Shown here: positions 8,891 through 17,747 of the stretch, in pieces
How the letters are laid out: each line of letters begins with the position of its first letter
How positions within the stretch are numbered: the stretch's first letter is position 1
From: Candidatus Pacearchaeota archaeon CG10_big_fil_rev_8_21_14_0_10_34_76
GTDB lineage: Archaea > Nanobdellota > Nanobdellia > Pacearchaeales > GW2011-AR1
Assembly: GCA_002763075.1 (NCBI GenBank)
Contig: PFDB01000002.1
Location: forward strand, 62,286-126,285
Length of the DNA stretch: 64,000 bases
Direction of reading: 5' to 3'
Translations under genes and position numbers: made by a program
The notes under the pieces: model-generated
What the model saw: only the letters and a program-made list of their open reading frames with translations
What the model was told of the DNA's origin: nothing
The model's database searches: none

Positions 8891-9807
8891 GCAACGATAA
8901 TGTGAGGTTGAAGCCAATTCCTGATGAAAAAGTGGAGTTAGTAAGTGAAGTAGCTGACAAAATTAAAAATGTTAAAACTGTTTTGATTGCATCATGTAGA
9001 GGTCTTCCTAGTTCTCAGTTTCAGAATATTAAAAAGAAACTAAGAGGAAAGGCTGAAATAAAATTCATGAAAAAGAATGCATTTGAAAGAGCAATTGATG
9101 CTACTGAAAAAGGCGCATTAAAAAATTTAAAGAAGGAATTAGAGGCAGATTTTGCAATATTTTTTTCTGATATAGATACATTTGAGCTTTCCGCCTTGCT
9201 AACTGATAGTCAGGTTCCTACTAAGGCAAGGTCTGGAGATATTTCTCCTGAAAATATTGAGATAGAGCCTGGACCAACTGACCTACCCCCTGGACCTGCT
9301 ATTTCAGAACTTGGAAGTGTAGGACTCAAGGTTTCGGTTAAGGAAGGTAAATTAGAGATAATTAAGGGAGCTGTTGTTGCAAGGGAAGGAGAGCCAATAT
9401 CAGAAAAAGTTGCAGGGGTATTGGCAAAGCTAGGAATATTCCCAATGAAGTCTGGATTTATCCCATTAGCAGCATACGATTCTAAAGATGATAAGGTATA
9501 TGTTGGAATTAAGATTGATAAAGAAGGAACATTGAATGAATTTAGATCTTTGATTGGGAAAGCCCTTGGATTTGCAGTTGGAAGAAATTATCCTACAACC
9601 GAGACAATTAGTTTCTTAATAAGTAGGGCTGCAATGGAAGAGAAAGCAATTGGAAGAATTGTAAATGAACATTCATCTGCTGAAACTCCAAAATCAGAAG
9701 AAAAAGAAGAGATTAGTGGTGAGGCAAATGCTGAAGCCCAAAAAGAAGAAACTCCTCAAACTGATACAACTGAAATTCAACAAGACACAAAGGAGGAAAA
9801 TAATTAA
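8887..9807 (+). CDS. rpl10: 50S ribosomal protein L10 / P0 with acidic C-terminal tail
   Basis: 306 aa; position between L1 and L12. Acidic C-terminus EEKEEISGEANAEAQKEE... Confidence 0.85.
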   Translation: MSNDNVRLKPIPDEKVELVSEVADKIKNVKTVLIASCRGLPSSQFQNIKKKLRGKAEIKFMKKNAFERAIDATEKGALKNLKKELEADFAIFFSDIDTFELSALLTDSQVPTKARSGDISPENIEIEPGPTDLPPGPAISELGSVGLKVSVKEGKLEIIKGAVVAREGEPISEKVAGVLAKLGIFPMKSGFIPLAAYDSKDDKVYVGIKIDKEGTLNEFRSLIGKALGFAVGRNYPTTETISFLISRAAMEEKAIGRIVNEHSSAETPKSEEKEEISGEANAEAQKEETPQTDTTEIQQDTKEENN

Positions 9808-10091
9808 TGGAATACATATATGCAGCTCTTTTATTACATAAAGTAGGGCAACCTGTGAACGAAGATAACATAAGGAATGTTATTGCTGCCACTGGAGCAC
9901 AAGTAGATGACTCTAAGATAAAGACACTTGTAGCAAGCCTATCTGGCGTAGATATAGCAAAAGAGCTTGAAAATGCAAGCGTAGCTGTTGCTGCACCCGC
10001 TGCTGCTTCTGAAGCACCAAAGGCTGAAGAGCCTAAGGAAGAGAAGAAGGCAGAAGAATCCGCTGCAGGACTAGCATCTCTCTTTGGATAA
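9807..10091 (+). CDS. rpl12: 50S ribosomal stalk protein L12 / P1
   Basis: 94 aa; MEYIYAALLLHKVGQ...; Ala/Glu-rich hinge; C-terminal GLASLFG. Confidence 0.8.
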   Translation: MEYIYAALLLHKVGQPVNEDNIRNVIAATGAQVDDSKIKTLVASLSGVDIAKELENASVAVAAPAAASEAPKAEEPKEEKKAEESAAGLASLFG

Positions 10092-10212
10092 ACTTATTTT
10101 TTATTTTAATCCAAAGAGCCAATATTTTTTAGCTGTGCTGAGAAATAGAATAGAGATTTTTCTTGGGGCGAGTGTAGAAAAATATATATCTAGTTCTGAT
10201 ATCATATTTTGA

Positions 10213-10659
10213 ATGGATAAAATAAAAGTCAATTCTAATGCGGTTATAACAAATTCTGAAGGGAAATTTCTTCTTATAAAATTGAAGGTAGGTCATTTTA
10301 AGGGAGGGTTATGCATTCCGGGAGGGGGTGTGATTCCGGGAGAGTTATCACATGAGGCTGCTGCAAGAGAAGTGCTTGAAGAAACTGGAATAAAAGTTGA
10401 GAGCACATTCATCCCATTTGGATTTTGTGAACTTATGAATGACCAAATAAACCAACATAAAATTGTTATGCTTTTGCATGCTAATGCTGAAGGCATTCCT
10501 CAGGAAACAGAGGAAGGAGAAGCCGGATGGTATAGTTATGAAGAAGCAGAGGGGAATATGCTTGCCTTTGCAAAAGAGGCAATAAGAATATGGAGAAAAA
10601 ATCAGGTGCACTTCAAACTTAGTGGTAGTGAGGTTGATTTGAGAAGAGTTGAGCTCTGA
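10213..10659 (+). CDS. NUDIX hydrolase
   Basis: Complete Nudix box GGGVIPGELSHEAAAREVLEETGI (Gx5Ex7REUxEExGU). Confidence 0.7.
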   Translation: MDKIKVNSNAVITNSEGKFLLIKLKVGHFKGGLCIPGGGVIPGELSHEAAAREVLEETGIKVESTFIPFGFCELMNDQINQHKIVMLLHANAEGIPQETEEGEAGWYSYEEAEGNMLAFAKEAIRIWRKNQVHFKLSGSEVDLRRVEL

Positions 10660-10711
10660 GAGAATCAATTAACCTTAAAGCTTAAAAGCACTAAGATTCC
10701 TATAGAATTAA

Positions 10712-10793
10712 GCCGACGTGGGACAATGGTACTCCGCTGGTCTTGAGAACCAGTTTCCTTCGGGATTTCCCGGTTCGATTCCGGGCGTCGGCG
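10712..10793 (+). tRNA. tRNA-Ser (anticodon TGA), type II with long variable arm
   Basis: GCCGACG acceptor stem pairs with CGTCGGC. Anticodon stem CTGGT/ACCAG with loop CTTGAGA. Long variable arm TTTCCTTCGGGATTT. T-arm CCCGG-TTCGATT-CCGGG. No encoded CCA. Confidence 0.7.
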
Positions 10794-10857
10794 TTTAAGG
10801 AATCGAACGCACACGCAGATAAGAAATCCGCGGTGCCCTCACACTTGAGTGTTACGG

Positions 10858-10877
10858 GATTCCGGGCGTCGGCGTTT
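10858..10877 (+). repeat. perfect 20-nt direct repeat of the tRNA-Ser 3' end (GATTCCGGGCGTCGGCGTTT); att-like scar
   Basis: Identical to 10777-10796. The intervening 61 bp also hold an inverted partial T-loop copy (ggaatcgaacgc). Confidence 0.6.
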
Positions 10878-10927
10878 TGATCATGCGAAGCTTGGTCCGG
10901 GCGTAAAGCTAAAACGAAAAGTTTAAA

Positions 10928-10943
10928 TAAGTGATATCACTTA
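10928..10943. promoter_or_regulatory. 16-bp perfect palindrome TAAGTGATATCACTTA abutting the antitoxin start; candidate RHH operator
   Basis: Read directly from the sequence, 7 nt upstream of the ATG at 10951. Confidence 0.4.
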
Positions 10944-10950
10944 ATCTATC

Positions 10951-11181
10951 ATGACTAACATAACTCTTTCAATAGATGATGAAGTGTATAAAAAAATGCG
11001 TAGATATTCAGAAGTAAGATGGAGTGATTTTGTCAGAAGAATGATAAAAAAAAGAGTTAACGAATTGGAGTCTCTAGATAAAAACAAAGATAAAGAGAGT
11101 ATTCTCACAATGTTAGCTTCAGAAGAAGTTTTGAATAAAGATTGGGATAACCAAGAGGATGAGGCCTGGAACAATGTATGA
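10951..11181 (+). CDS. ribbon-helix-helix (CopG/MazE-like) antitoxin
   Basis: MTNITLSIDDEVYKKM... RHH N-terminus. Its 3' end overlaps the downstream MazF-like gene. Confidence 0.5.
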   Translation: MTNITLSIDDEVYKKMRRYSEVRWSDFVRRMIKKRVNELESLDKNKDKESILTMLASEEVLNKDWDNQEDEAWNNV

Positions 11182-11515
11182 TCAAGGAGAGGTTGTTCTA
11201 ATTCCATTTCCATATTCAGATTTAAGTGAGAATAAAAAAAGACCTGCTCTGATAATTTCTAACGGATTAATTAATCAATCGGAAGATAGAATTTGTTGCT
11301 TAATCACAAGAAATTTTAGGAAGGGAGATCTGCCCATTAAAACAAATAACTTCCAAACTGGCAAACTACCATTCAAGAGCTTTGTTAGACCTCAAAGAAT
11401 CTTCACCATACATAATGCAATAATCAAGAAGAAACTTTGTAAAATAAATGGAGAGTTTCATAGAGAAGTTATTAGCAAACTCAATGAATATATAGAACTA
11501 AATGAGAATAACTAA
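11159..11515 (+). CDS. MazF/PemK-family toxin (endoribonuclease fold)
   Basis: GEVVLIPFPYSDLSENKKRPALIIS is the PemK/MazF signature. The true start is probably Met6 (11174). Confidence 0.6.
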   Translation: MRPGTMYDQGEVVLIPFPYSDLSENKKRPALIISNGLINQSEDRICCLITRNFRKGDLPIKTNNFQTGKLPFKSFVRPQRIFTIHNAIIKKKLCKINGEFHREVISKLNEYIELNENN

Positions 11516-11654
11516 CAAAACCCATAAAAAATTGGCATACCAACTGAGACACTTTTTTTGAGCTTGGTCTGGAGGTAATCCAATAATATTTATCTTACTT
11601 TTTAGTAGTAACTAATCAGAAAGATTTAAAAATGAAAGATTTCTATTTTTTATT

Positions 11655-12182
11655 ATGGAAGAACCTGTAGAAAAACCTAAAGAGAAGAGAGGAAGAGAAA
11701 GTTTAGTTGATACTCTAGGCCTTGTTAGTTATTCACTGGTTGTTGGAGCTGGAATGGACTATTCCGCCGGTTTAAGAGGTTTTGGAATTTTAGCTTCGAG
11801 AGCCTATGGGACTGCAATTAACTTTCCAACCGGAGCCCCATATGGGAAGTGGAGAAACTTTGTTTATAAAAAAGGTAAGACTACTGATAAGAGTTCTAGG
11901 TTTAGAAAGGGTGTAACGGAGCTAGTAGCATTTAATACATTTCAAGTGCCTTTGTATGCTACGGTTATTGCGGTTGGAAGTTTAGCATCTAATTTGGCAT
12001 CTAATGGTGAACTTAAAGTAGACATGGAGAACGTTCTCTCTGGAGCGAAGCATTTAGCAATGGTCTCACCCCTCATTGGTCCAACATTGGGATGGTATAC
12101 GGAAGGTTTGAGAAAATTATTTGGATTGAAATCAGCACCGAGAAAGGCAAGAGAAAGTTTAGAGAGTACATTGCAAAATTAG
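11655..12182 (+). CDS. hypothetical protein (175 aa) between the two TA modules
   Basis: Intact ORF; Gly/Ala-rich hydrophobic stretches; no family recognised. Confidence 0.3.
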   Translation: MEEPVEKPKEKRGRESLVDTLGLVSYSLVVGAGMDYSAGLRGFGILASRAYGTAINFPTGAPYGKWRNFVYKKGKTTDKSSRFRKGVTELVAFNTFQVPLYATVIAVGSLASNLASNGELKVDMENVLSGAKHLAMVSPLIGPTLGWYTEGLRKLFGLKSAPRKARESLESTLQN

Positions 12183-12333
12183 GAGAATTAGATTTTGATT
12201 ATTCCTACGTTTTTTATTTACCTTTCCACATAGTAGTTGACGATGCTTAAAAATCCTTATTGTTTAGAAAATGTTGTATAAAACTTGTAGATAATCCTTC
12301 TCTGAAATACTGAAACAGAAATCTATATAAATA

Positions 12334-12353
12334 AGTAATACCTGCGTATTACT
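12334..12353. promoter_or_regulatory. inverted repeat AGTAATAC-CTGC-GTATTACT immediately 5' of the antitoxin ATG; candidate operator
   Basis: 8-bp arms with a 4-bp spacer; ends 1 nt before the ATG at 12354. Confidence 0.4.
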
Positions 12354-12581
12354 ATGAAAACAATAAGCATAAAGCTACCTGAAAATGAAGCAAAAGAACT
12401 GGATGATTTCCTGAAGAAGCGTAATTACTTGTCAAAATCTGAATTTATAAGACACCTGATTTTAGAAAAACTTGAAAGCCACAAAAAGGAAAAATATGGC
12501 TGGCTTGTTATAGCTGAAAAATCGATGAATAAACTTTGGGATAACAAAAAAGACAGTGAAGTTTGGAGCAAGTACTTATGA
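12354..12581 (+). CDS. ribbon-helix-helix antitoxin, paralog of 10951-11181
   Basis: MKTISIKLPENEAKELDDFL...SKSEFIRHLI RHH. Shares the C-terminal W-D-N...W motif with the first antitoxin. Confidence 0.5.
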   Translation: MKTISIKLPENEAKELDDFLKKRNYLSKSEFIRHLILEKLESHKKEKYGWLVIAEKSMNKLWDNKKDSEVWSKYL

Positions 12582-12913
12582 TTGAACAGAGAGACTTGCT
12601 ACTCGTGCCTTTCCCTTTCTCTGACCAATCTGGAAGAAAGGTGAGACCTGTTGTTGTAATAAGTAATAATTCATTTAACGGTCATTCGCAAGACGTCATT
12701 GTTTCTGGGGTAACTTCTAACGTGAAAAAAGAAAGATATTCTATAAATCTCACCAATAAAAATCTGGAACAGGGCAAACTTATGACTAATTGTATGATTA
12801 AAGTTGAGAATATTCTAAGACTCGAAAAAGAACTTGTAATAAAGAAGATAGGAAAAATAGACACTGAAAAGTTTATCGAAATGCAATCTGTGCTTGATAA
12901 AATTTTAAGATAA
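12563..12913 (+). CDS. MazF/PemK-family toxin, paralog of 11159-11515
   Basis: LLLVPFPFSDQSGRKVRPVVVIS. Overlaps the antitoxin gene by 19 nt. Confidence 0.6.
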   Translation: MEQVLMIEQRDLLLVPFPFSDQSGRKVRPVVVISNNSFNGHSQDVIVSGVTSNVKKERYSINLTNKNLEQGKLMTNCMIKVENILRLEKELVIKKIGKIDTEKFIEMQSVLDKILR

Positions 12914-12977
12914 CTATATTCTAAAAGATGCTAGTTATCTCGATAATCCTTAAATATTTCACATTTCTGAATAAGTC

Positions 12978-13484
12978 ATGCAGGATCCAGAGAAAGCACA
13001 TTATGTTGTTGCGACGGGAATAATTGTAAAAGATGGCAAGTTCTTAATTGCTAAAAGATCTGAGAAAGAGAAAAGATGGCCTGGGAGATGGACTGTTCCT
13101 GGAGGGAAGCTTGAAAAGAAAGATTATGTTAACAGGAAAACAGACACTCCTGGAGGACAATGGTATAATGTTTTTGAAGATTTACTAAGAAGAGAAGTAA
13201 TGGAAGAGGTTGGGATTGAAATAAAGAACATAAAATATTTGACTAGTTTAAGTTTCCTAAGGGAGGATGGAATTCCTACGATTGTCATAAGCTTGTTTGC
13301 AGATTATGATTCTGGAGAAATAACCCTGAATGATGAACTTACTGAATACTGCTGGGTGAGCTTAGATGAAGCAAGAGATTATGATTTAATAGATGGGATT
13401 TATGAAGAGCTGGAAATGCTTGATAAGCATTTGAAAGGAGAACATATTGGAGAATGGAAATCTGGGACAAAGGTTAAGTCTTGA
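12978..13484 (+). CDS. NUDIX-family hydrolase with an insertion in the Nudix box
   Basis: PGGKLEKKD...EDLLRREVMEEVGI (REx2EExGU present); 168 aa. Confidence 0.55.
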   Translation: MQDPEKAHYVVATGIIVKDGKFLIAKRSEKEKRWPGRWTVPGGKLEKKDYVNRKTDTPGGQWYNVFEDLLRREVMEEVGIEIKNIKYLTSLSFLREDGIPTIVISLFADYDSGEITLNDELTEYCWVSLDEARDYDLIDGIYEELEMLDKHLKGEHIGEWKSGTKVKS

Positions 13485-13764
13485 ATAATCTTTTCCAGAA
13501 AGTTTTTGTCCTTGTTTTTTCTAATTCTTCTGTTGTAGGAAATGAGCCTATTCTTTCGTATTTTATCTCAGGTTTTGTTTTAAGAACTGGCGCCTTGTGG
13601 GCCATTTCTTCTTCGAGCTTTTTCATAGCTTTTTCTATCTCAAATTTAGAATGACCTTGATTGATTAATGCCCACTTCAGTGATTCAGCTGTGTACCCCT
13701 TCCTTAGATTCTTACGGATATATTCAATTACTTGTCTATTGTAGTCTAAACCTCTGGGATTCAT
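13474..13764 (-). CDS. hypothetical protein (96 aa)
   Basis: Intact ORF; basic; no family recognised. Confidence 0.25.
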   Translation of the reverse strand: MNPRGLDYNRQVIEYIRKNLRKGYTAESLKWALINQGHSKFEIEKAMKKLEEEMAHKAPVLKTKPEIKYERIGSFPTTEELEKTRTKTFWKRLFKT

Positions 13765-13814
13765 GATTTCAAGAGAAATATAAAATATATAAAAATAATT
13801 GTTTTGTTATGATA

Positions 13815-14840
13815 CTAAGCAAACATGTCTGAAAGTGTTTTATTCTTATATGCTTCTATAAACAATATCACGTAGGATAGAATGAGCGGACCTAAGATGA
13901 GACCTAGTATTCCAAAGACAAATAGCCCTCCAATCATACCTATTAAGACTACAACAGAAGAAGATTTAGTCTTCCTTGCTACTATGTAAGGTCTTAAGAA
14001 ATTATCTATGGATGAGACAACAACTGCGCTGTATATTGCAAAGATGATTGCTGCAGTAGTATTTCCTATAGAAAGCAGATATATTGCTGCTGGAACCCAG
14101 ATAAGCCAAGGACCTATTATTGGGATGATGGATGCGCCTGTTGCAAAGAGTGTTAAGAGAAGCGCATTTGGAACCCCTGCGACAAGAAGTCCTATTCCAG
14201 TTGCAACTCCCTGAATTATGCCTATAATAATTTGTCCAAAAATTATTGAAGATGTTAAATCCTTAAACTGCTTTACAAGAATTTTTTCCTTGTCTTTTCT
14301 TAATGGAGATATTCCTGAAACAAATTCCTTTAATTTATCTTGATCACGAAGAGCAAAGAAAAATACAAAGATTACTACAGCGAGGTTTAAGAGAATTGTT
14401 GGTAGTTCTAGGAGAAAATCTGCGAGGGCTGATAACGAAGTATTTGTGATTCCTGCAATGAAATTAATTATTGCGTTTGTGATATCAACCTGGATTCTTG
14501 CCGAATCTATAGGGAAAAATCTTTGGACGAAATTTGCCACGTCTACCCCCTTGAGAGAAGTGAACGCGTCAAATACTTGCTGGATTAGAAGAGGAATCAG
14601 GAACCAAAGTGGGATGATTATAATTAATAATACTAAAAGCCCGACTATGAATGCAGATGTATTCTTTTCCCTCAATACTTTTTTTACCTTAATATATAAT
14701 GGATTGAATGCATATGCTAATATCAATCCTGTAATTATCGAGAGGAGAATGGGTCTTATTACCAAAAAGGCAAGTACTACTAAAGTTAGGATAAATGTAA
14801 TTGCTCCTATACGCCTTACTTCAAGTTGGGTAACACTCAT
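13815..14840 (-). CDS. AI-2E family (UPF0118/PerM-like) membrane transporter
   Basis: 341 aa, about 8 TM segments, with the DNFLRP motif characteristic of AI-2E permeases. Confidence 0.6.
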   Translation of the reverse strand: MSVTQLEVRRIGAITFILTLVVLAFLVIRPILLSIITGLILAYAFNPLYIKVKKVLREKNTSAFIVGLLVLLIIIIPLWFLIPLLIQQVFDAFTSLKGVDVANFVQRFFPIDSARIQVDITNAIINFIAGITNTSLSALADFLLELPTILLNLAVVIFVFFFALRDQDKLKEFVSGISPLRKDKEKILVKQFKDLTSSIIFGQIIIGIIQGVATGIGLLVAGVPNALLLTLFATGASIIPIIGPWLIWVPAAIYLLSIGNTTAAIIFAIYSAVVVSSIDNFLRPYIVARKTKSSSVVVLIGMIGGLFVFGILGLILGPLILSYVILFIEAYKNKTLSDMFA

Positions 14841-14931
14841 TTTTAGGAAAAGCCAAACTATTATATAAAGGTTGGGTGGATCTTGATTGGAACTAGTTAA
14901 AATTTATAAACACTTATTTACAAGATAAGGG

Positions 14932-15636
14932 ATGGACTTTTTTATAAAAAAGATTTTTGATGGAAAAACTGACGAACTTATACATCTTCAGTTTCAAAAG
15001 TTTAGTAGAGGAAATTTTAGGAATAGGGCAATGATTAGAGCTAAATTTTCTGCTAAAGGGTTTAATGTATCAACTACTGCAGAATTTGCAAATGAGATTG
15101 TAAGAGCTGTTGCTGAAAGATTAGGAGAGAAATCCACAAATGTTACGGGAATTATTGTTTCTACTAGTGATTTGACTGGCAAGCTTGAGTTTAATGGCAA
15201 GAAACAGTTCATGGGAATTAAACAATATATTATTGATGGGGAAATGAATGGAAATAAAATTATTGAGTTATGTGATAATTTTCCAGAATGCTTTATGGGG
15301 CTCTCTTTTAATGCTGGAGAGACAGAATTAAAAATAAAACCAAAAGCTCCTAAATCCGCGAAACCTTCTACAAAATCTGCAGATGAGCCACAGAAAATTG
15401 ATTTTTGCAAGCTAAAGACAACGGACAGAGACTTGATAATGGCACTTATTTTCGAGACAAGTGATTTCAAAAGTGCTGAGATTTTCCATGATTTTATAAT
15501 TGAAGATATTGACCTTCCAACTGATGCAAAAGATCCTAATGAATTGAGGAGATTAGCTAAACGCAAGGGAAGAATAGTTAGGAGATCTATTATAGACGGC
15601 AAACAGGAAATGAAGGAAATAAAGTTCGTAGCATGA
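14932..15636 (+). CDS. hypothetical protein (234 aa) upstream of the r-protein operon
   Basis: Intact ORF; no family recognised. Confidence 0.3.
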   Translation: MDFFIKKIFDGKTDELIHLQFQKFSRGNFRNRAMIRAKFSAKGFNVSTTAEFANEIVRAVAERLGEKSTNVTGIIVSTSDLTGKLEFNGKKQFMGIKQYIIDGEMNGNKIIELCDNFPECFMGLSFNAGETELKIKPKAPKSAKPSTKSADEPQKIDFCKLKTTDRDLIMALIFETSDFKSAEIFHDFIIEDIDLPTDAKDPNELRRLAKRKGRIVRRSIIDGKQEMKEIKFVA

Positions 15637-15721
15637 TTCTTTGATGATAGTGTTTCGGCAGCGTTACATTTAAAAACCTAAAAAATCTGTTTTTTGCACA
15701 CGGTTTGGTAGAAAGAATCTA

Positions 15722-15733
15722 AGATTTAAAAAC
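15722..15733 (+). promoter_or_regulatory. putative TATA box (GATTTAAAAACG) for the L3 operon; a second copy ATTTAAAAAC lies at about 15668
   Basis: AT-rich TATA-like hexamers about 40 nt upstream of the rpl3 ATG. Weak and unverified. Confidence 0.2.
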
Positions 15734-15772
15734 GGGAAAGTTGCGCCCAGTTGAAAATGGTAGAATTAAGAA

Positions 15773-16723
15773 ATGACAAAAAGAACGAGACCAAGATTTG
15801 GAAGTTTACAATACTGGCCAAGAAAGAGAGCGAGAAAAGCTCTTCCTAGAGTTAACTGGGATAATGTTAGAGGAGCGGGTTCTGCTAATGAAGGATTATT
15901 AGGATTTATAGGCTACAAGGTGGGTATGGCTTCTGCTGTTGTTAAGGATGAAACTGATAAGTCTATGACTAAGGGAAAAAAGATCGTTATACCTGTAACT
16001 ATTCTTGAGGTTCCTAAGATGAAAATATTTTCTGTAAGATTTTATAACAAGGGTAATATAAGCAAAGAAGTTGTTGTCTCCAATGAAAGGATACTCAAGA
16101 AGAAAGTAAAAGTACCGAAAGAAGCTAAAAAATTGGATGGAGATTACAATTATGATGAGATAAGGTTGATAATGTATAGTTCTATGGGAAAAGGAAGATT
16201 CAAGAAATCACCGGACCTTGCAGAGATTGCATTTAATGGGGAGAATGCCCTCGAAAAGGTAAAAACTCTTATTGGAAAAGAAATTTCTGTCTCAGATATC
16301 CTGAAGTGGCAGTTAGTTGATGTTAGAGGGCTAACAAGAGGGAAAGGTCTTCAAGGTCCTGTTAAGAGGTTTGGCATTACATTGAAGGCTCATAAATCTG
16401 AAAAGGGAGTCAGAAGACCTGGAAGTTTAGGTCCATGGCATCCTGCAAGAGTTACATTCCGCGTCCCTATGTCTGGACAGTTAGGGATGTTTTCAAGGAT
16501 AACTCATAATTCAAATGTAATAAAGTTAGGAAATGTTTCGGAAGAAGGCAAGGATATCAACAAAAAAGAAGGATTCAGCAATTATGGAATGGTTAGAGGA
16601 GATTATGTGATTCTTGCAGGAAGTATACAAGGCCCTGTTAAAAGACAAGTAATGTTAACCCCTGCTTCACGGCCGACAAAAAGTCAAGCTAAAAAGAAAC
16701 TGGAGTTGTTGGAGTTAAGATAA
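15773..16723 (+). CDS. rpl3: 50S ribosomal protein L3
   Basis: 316 aa; first gene of the operon; L3-like sequence. Confidence 0.85.
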   Translation: MTKRTRPRFGSLQYWPRKRARKALPRVNWDNVRGAGSANEGLLGFIGYKVGMASAVVKDETDKSMTKGKKIVIPVTILEVPKMKIFSVRFYNKGNISKEVVVSNERILKKKVKVPKEAKKLDGDYNYDEIRLIMYSSMGKGRFKKSPDLAEIAFNGENALEKVKTLIGKEISVSDILKWQLVDVRGLTRGKGLQGPVKRFGITLKAHKSEKGVRRPGSLGPWHPARVTFRVPMSGQLGMFSRITHNSNVIKLGNVSEEGKDINKKEGFSNYGMVRGDYVILAGSIQGPVKRQVMLTPASRPTKSQAKKKLELLELR

Positions 16724-16724
16724 A

Positions 16725-17501
16725 ATGAAAGCTACATTATATGACATAACTGGAAAGAAGAAGGGAGAAATAGAGATGCCTAAATTGTTTGATAATAGAG
16801 TTAGAGAGGATCTTGTAGGCAAATATTTTGAAGTTGATAAGTTTATCCAGCCTTATTCGCCGGATCCGAGGGGAGGTAGAAAACATTCTGCTTCTGGAAC
16901 AATTAGTCATAAGAGACATGATTGGAAAGGTCATTATGGGAAAGGAATTTCTAGAACACCTAGAAAAACTATGTGGAGAAGAGGGACTCAATTCTTCTGG
17001 GTTGGTGCTGAAGTTTCAAGTACGAGGGGAGGTAGAAGAGCTCATGGACCTAAGGGTATTGGTAAAGAAAAAAAGATTAATTTAAGAGAGATTCAGATAG
17101 CTATGAATTCGGGGTTCGCTGCTAGTGCAAATAAAAACTATATTTTGAGTCGTTATGATAGTTTGAAGGATCTATCTGTACAATTTCCAATTGTCATAGA
17201 ATCAAAATTAGAAAAAGTGAAAACAAAAGAAATCAAGAAGATGCTTAACTTGTTATTTGGAGAAATGGAAAATCTGGTTTTCAAAAATAAAAAAGTAAGG
17301 GCTGGAAAAGGAAAGATAAGAGGTAGAAAATACAAGAGTAATGCGGGATTGCTTCTTGTAACTGGAAATGATGAAGATGTAAAAGTTAATGGTATTGATG
17401 TGAAGAAGTTAGGAGAAGTTAAGATATCTGACCTTTATCCTCTAGGAAGGCTTGTAATTTATACTGAAAAATCATTATCTCAAATGGAGGCAATCAAATG
17501 A
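16725..17501 (+). CDS. rpl4: 50S ribosomal protein L4
   Basis: 258 aa; position and sequence fit L4 (L1e). Confidence 0.8.
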   Translation: MKATLYDITGKKKGEIEMPKLFDNRVREDLVGKYFEVDKFIQPYSPDPRGGRKHSASGTISHKRHDWKGHYGKGISRTPRKTMWRRGTQFFWVGAEVSSTRGGRRAHGPKGIGKEKKINLREIQIAMNSGFAASANKNYILSRYDSLKDLSVQFPIVIESKLEKVKTKEIKKMLNLLFGEMENLVFKNKKVRAGKGKIRGRKYKSNAGLLLVTGNDEDVKVNGIDVKKLGEVKISDLYPLGRLVIYTEKSLSQMEAIK

Positions 17502-17746
17502 GATTCATATTAAAACCTGTTACAACAGAAAAGGCAGTTAGAAGGATTGATGTGGAAAATACATTAACTTTTGAGACAGAAAGGCAAGCAAGAAAGGAAG
17601 ATATCCAAAAAGAAGTCGAAAAGTTATTTGATGTTAAAGTGGAAAAAATAAGAACAATGATTAGAGCTAATAAAAAAATTGCTCATGTGAGACTAAACAA
17701 AAAAAATCCTGCAATTGATATTGCAACTAAACTAGGAATGATATAA
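17498..17746 (+). CDS. rpl23: 50S ribosomal protein L23
   Basis: 82 aa; position between L4 and L2. Confidence 0.8.
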   Translation: MRFILKPVTTEKAVRRIDVENTLTFETERQARKEDIQKEVEKLFDVKVEKIRTMIRANKKIAHVRLNKKNPAIDIATKLGMI

Positions 17747-17747
17747 A

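Noticed and set aside
8900-10080. Runs of gaa/aaa/gca codons in L10/L12 and other r-protein tails, as possible repeat or CRISPR-like arrays
   Set aside because: They are in-frame low-complexity coding sequence, with no regular repeat-spacer periodicity. No CRISPR array is present in the window.
10794-10877. A second tRNA gene or split/intron-containing tRNA downstream of tRNA-Ser
   Set aside because: Only the 3' acceptor/T-stem half is duplicated. No matching 5' acceptor strand, D-arm or anticodon arm could be folded, so it was interpreted as an att-like repeat.
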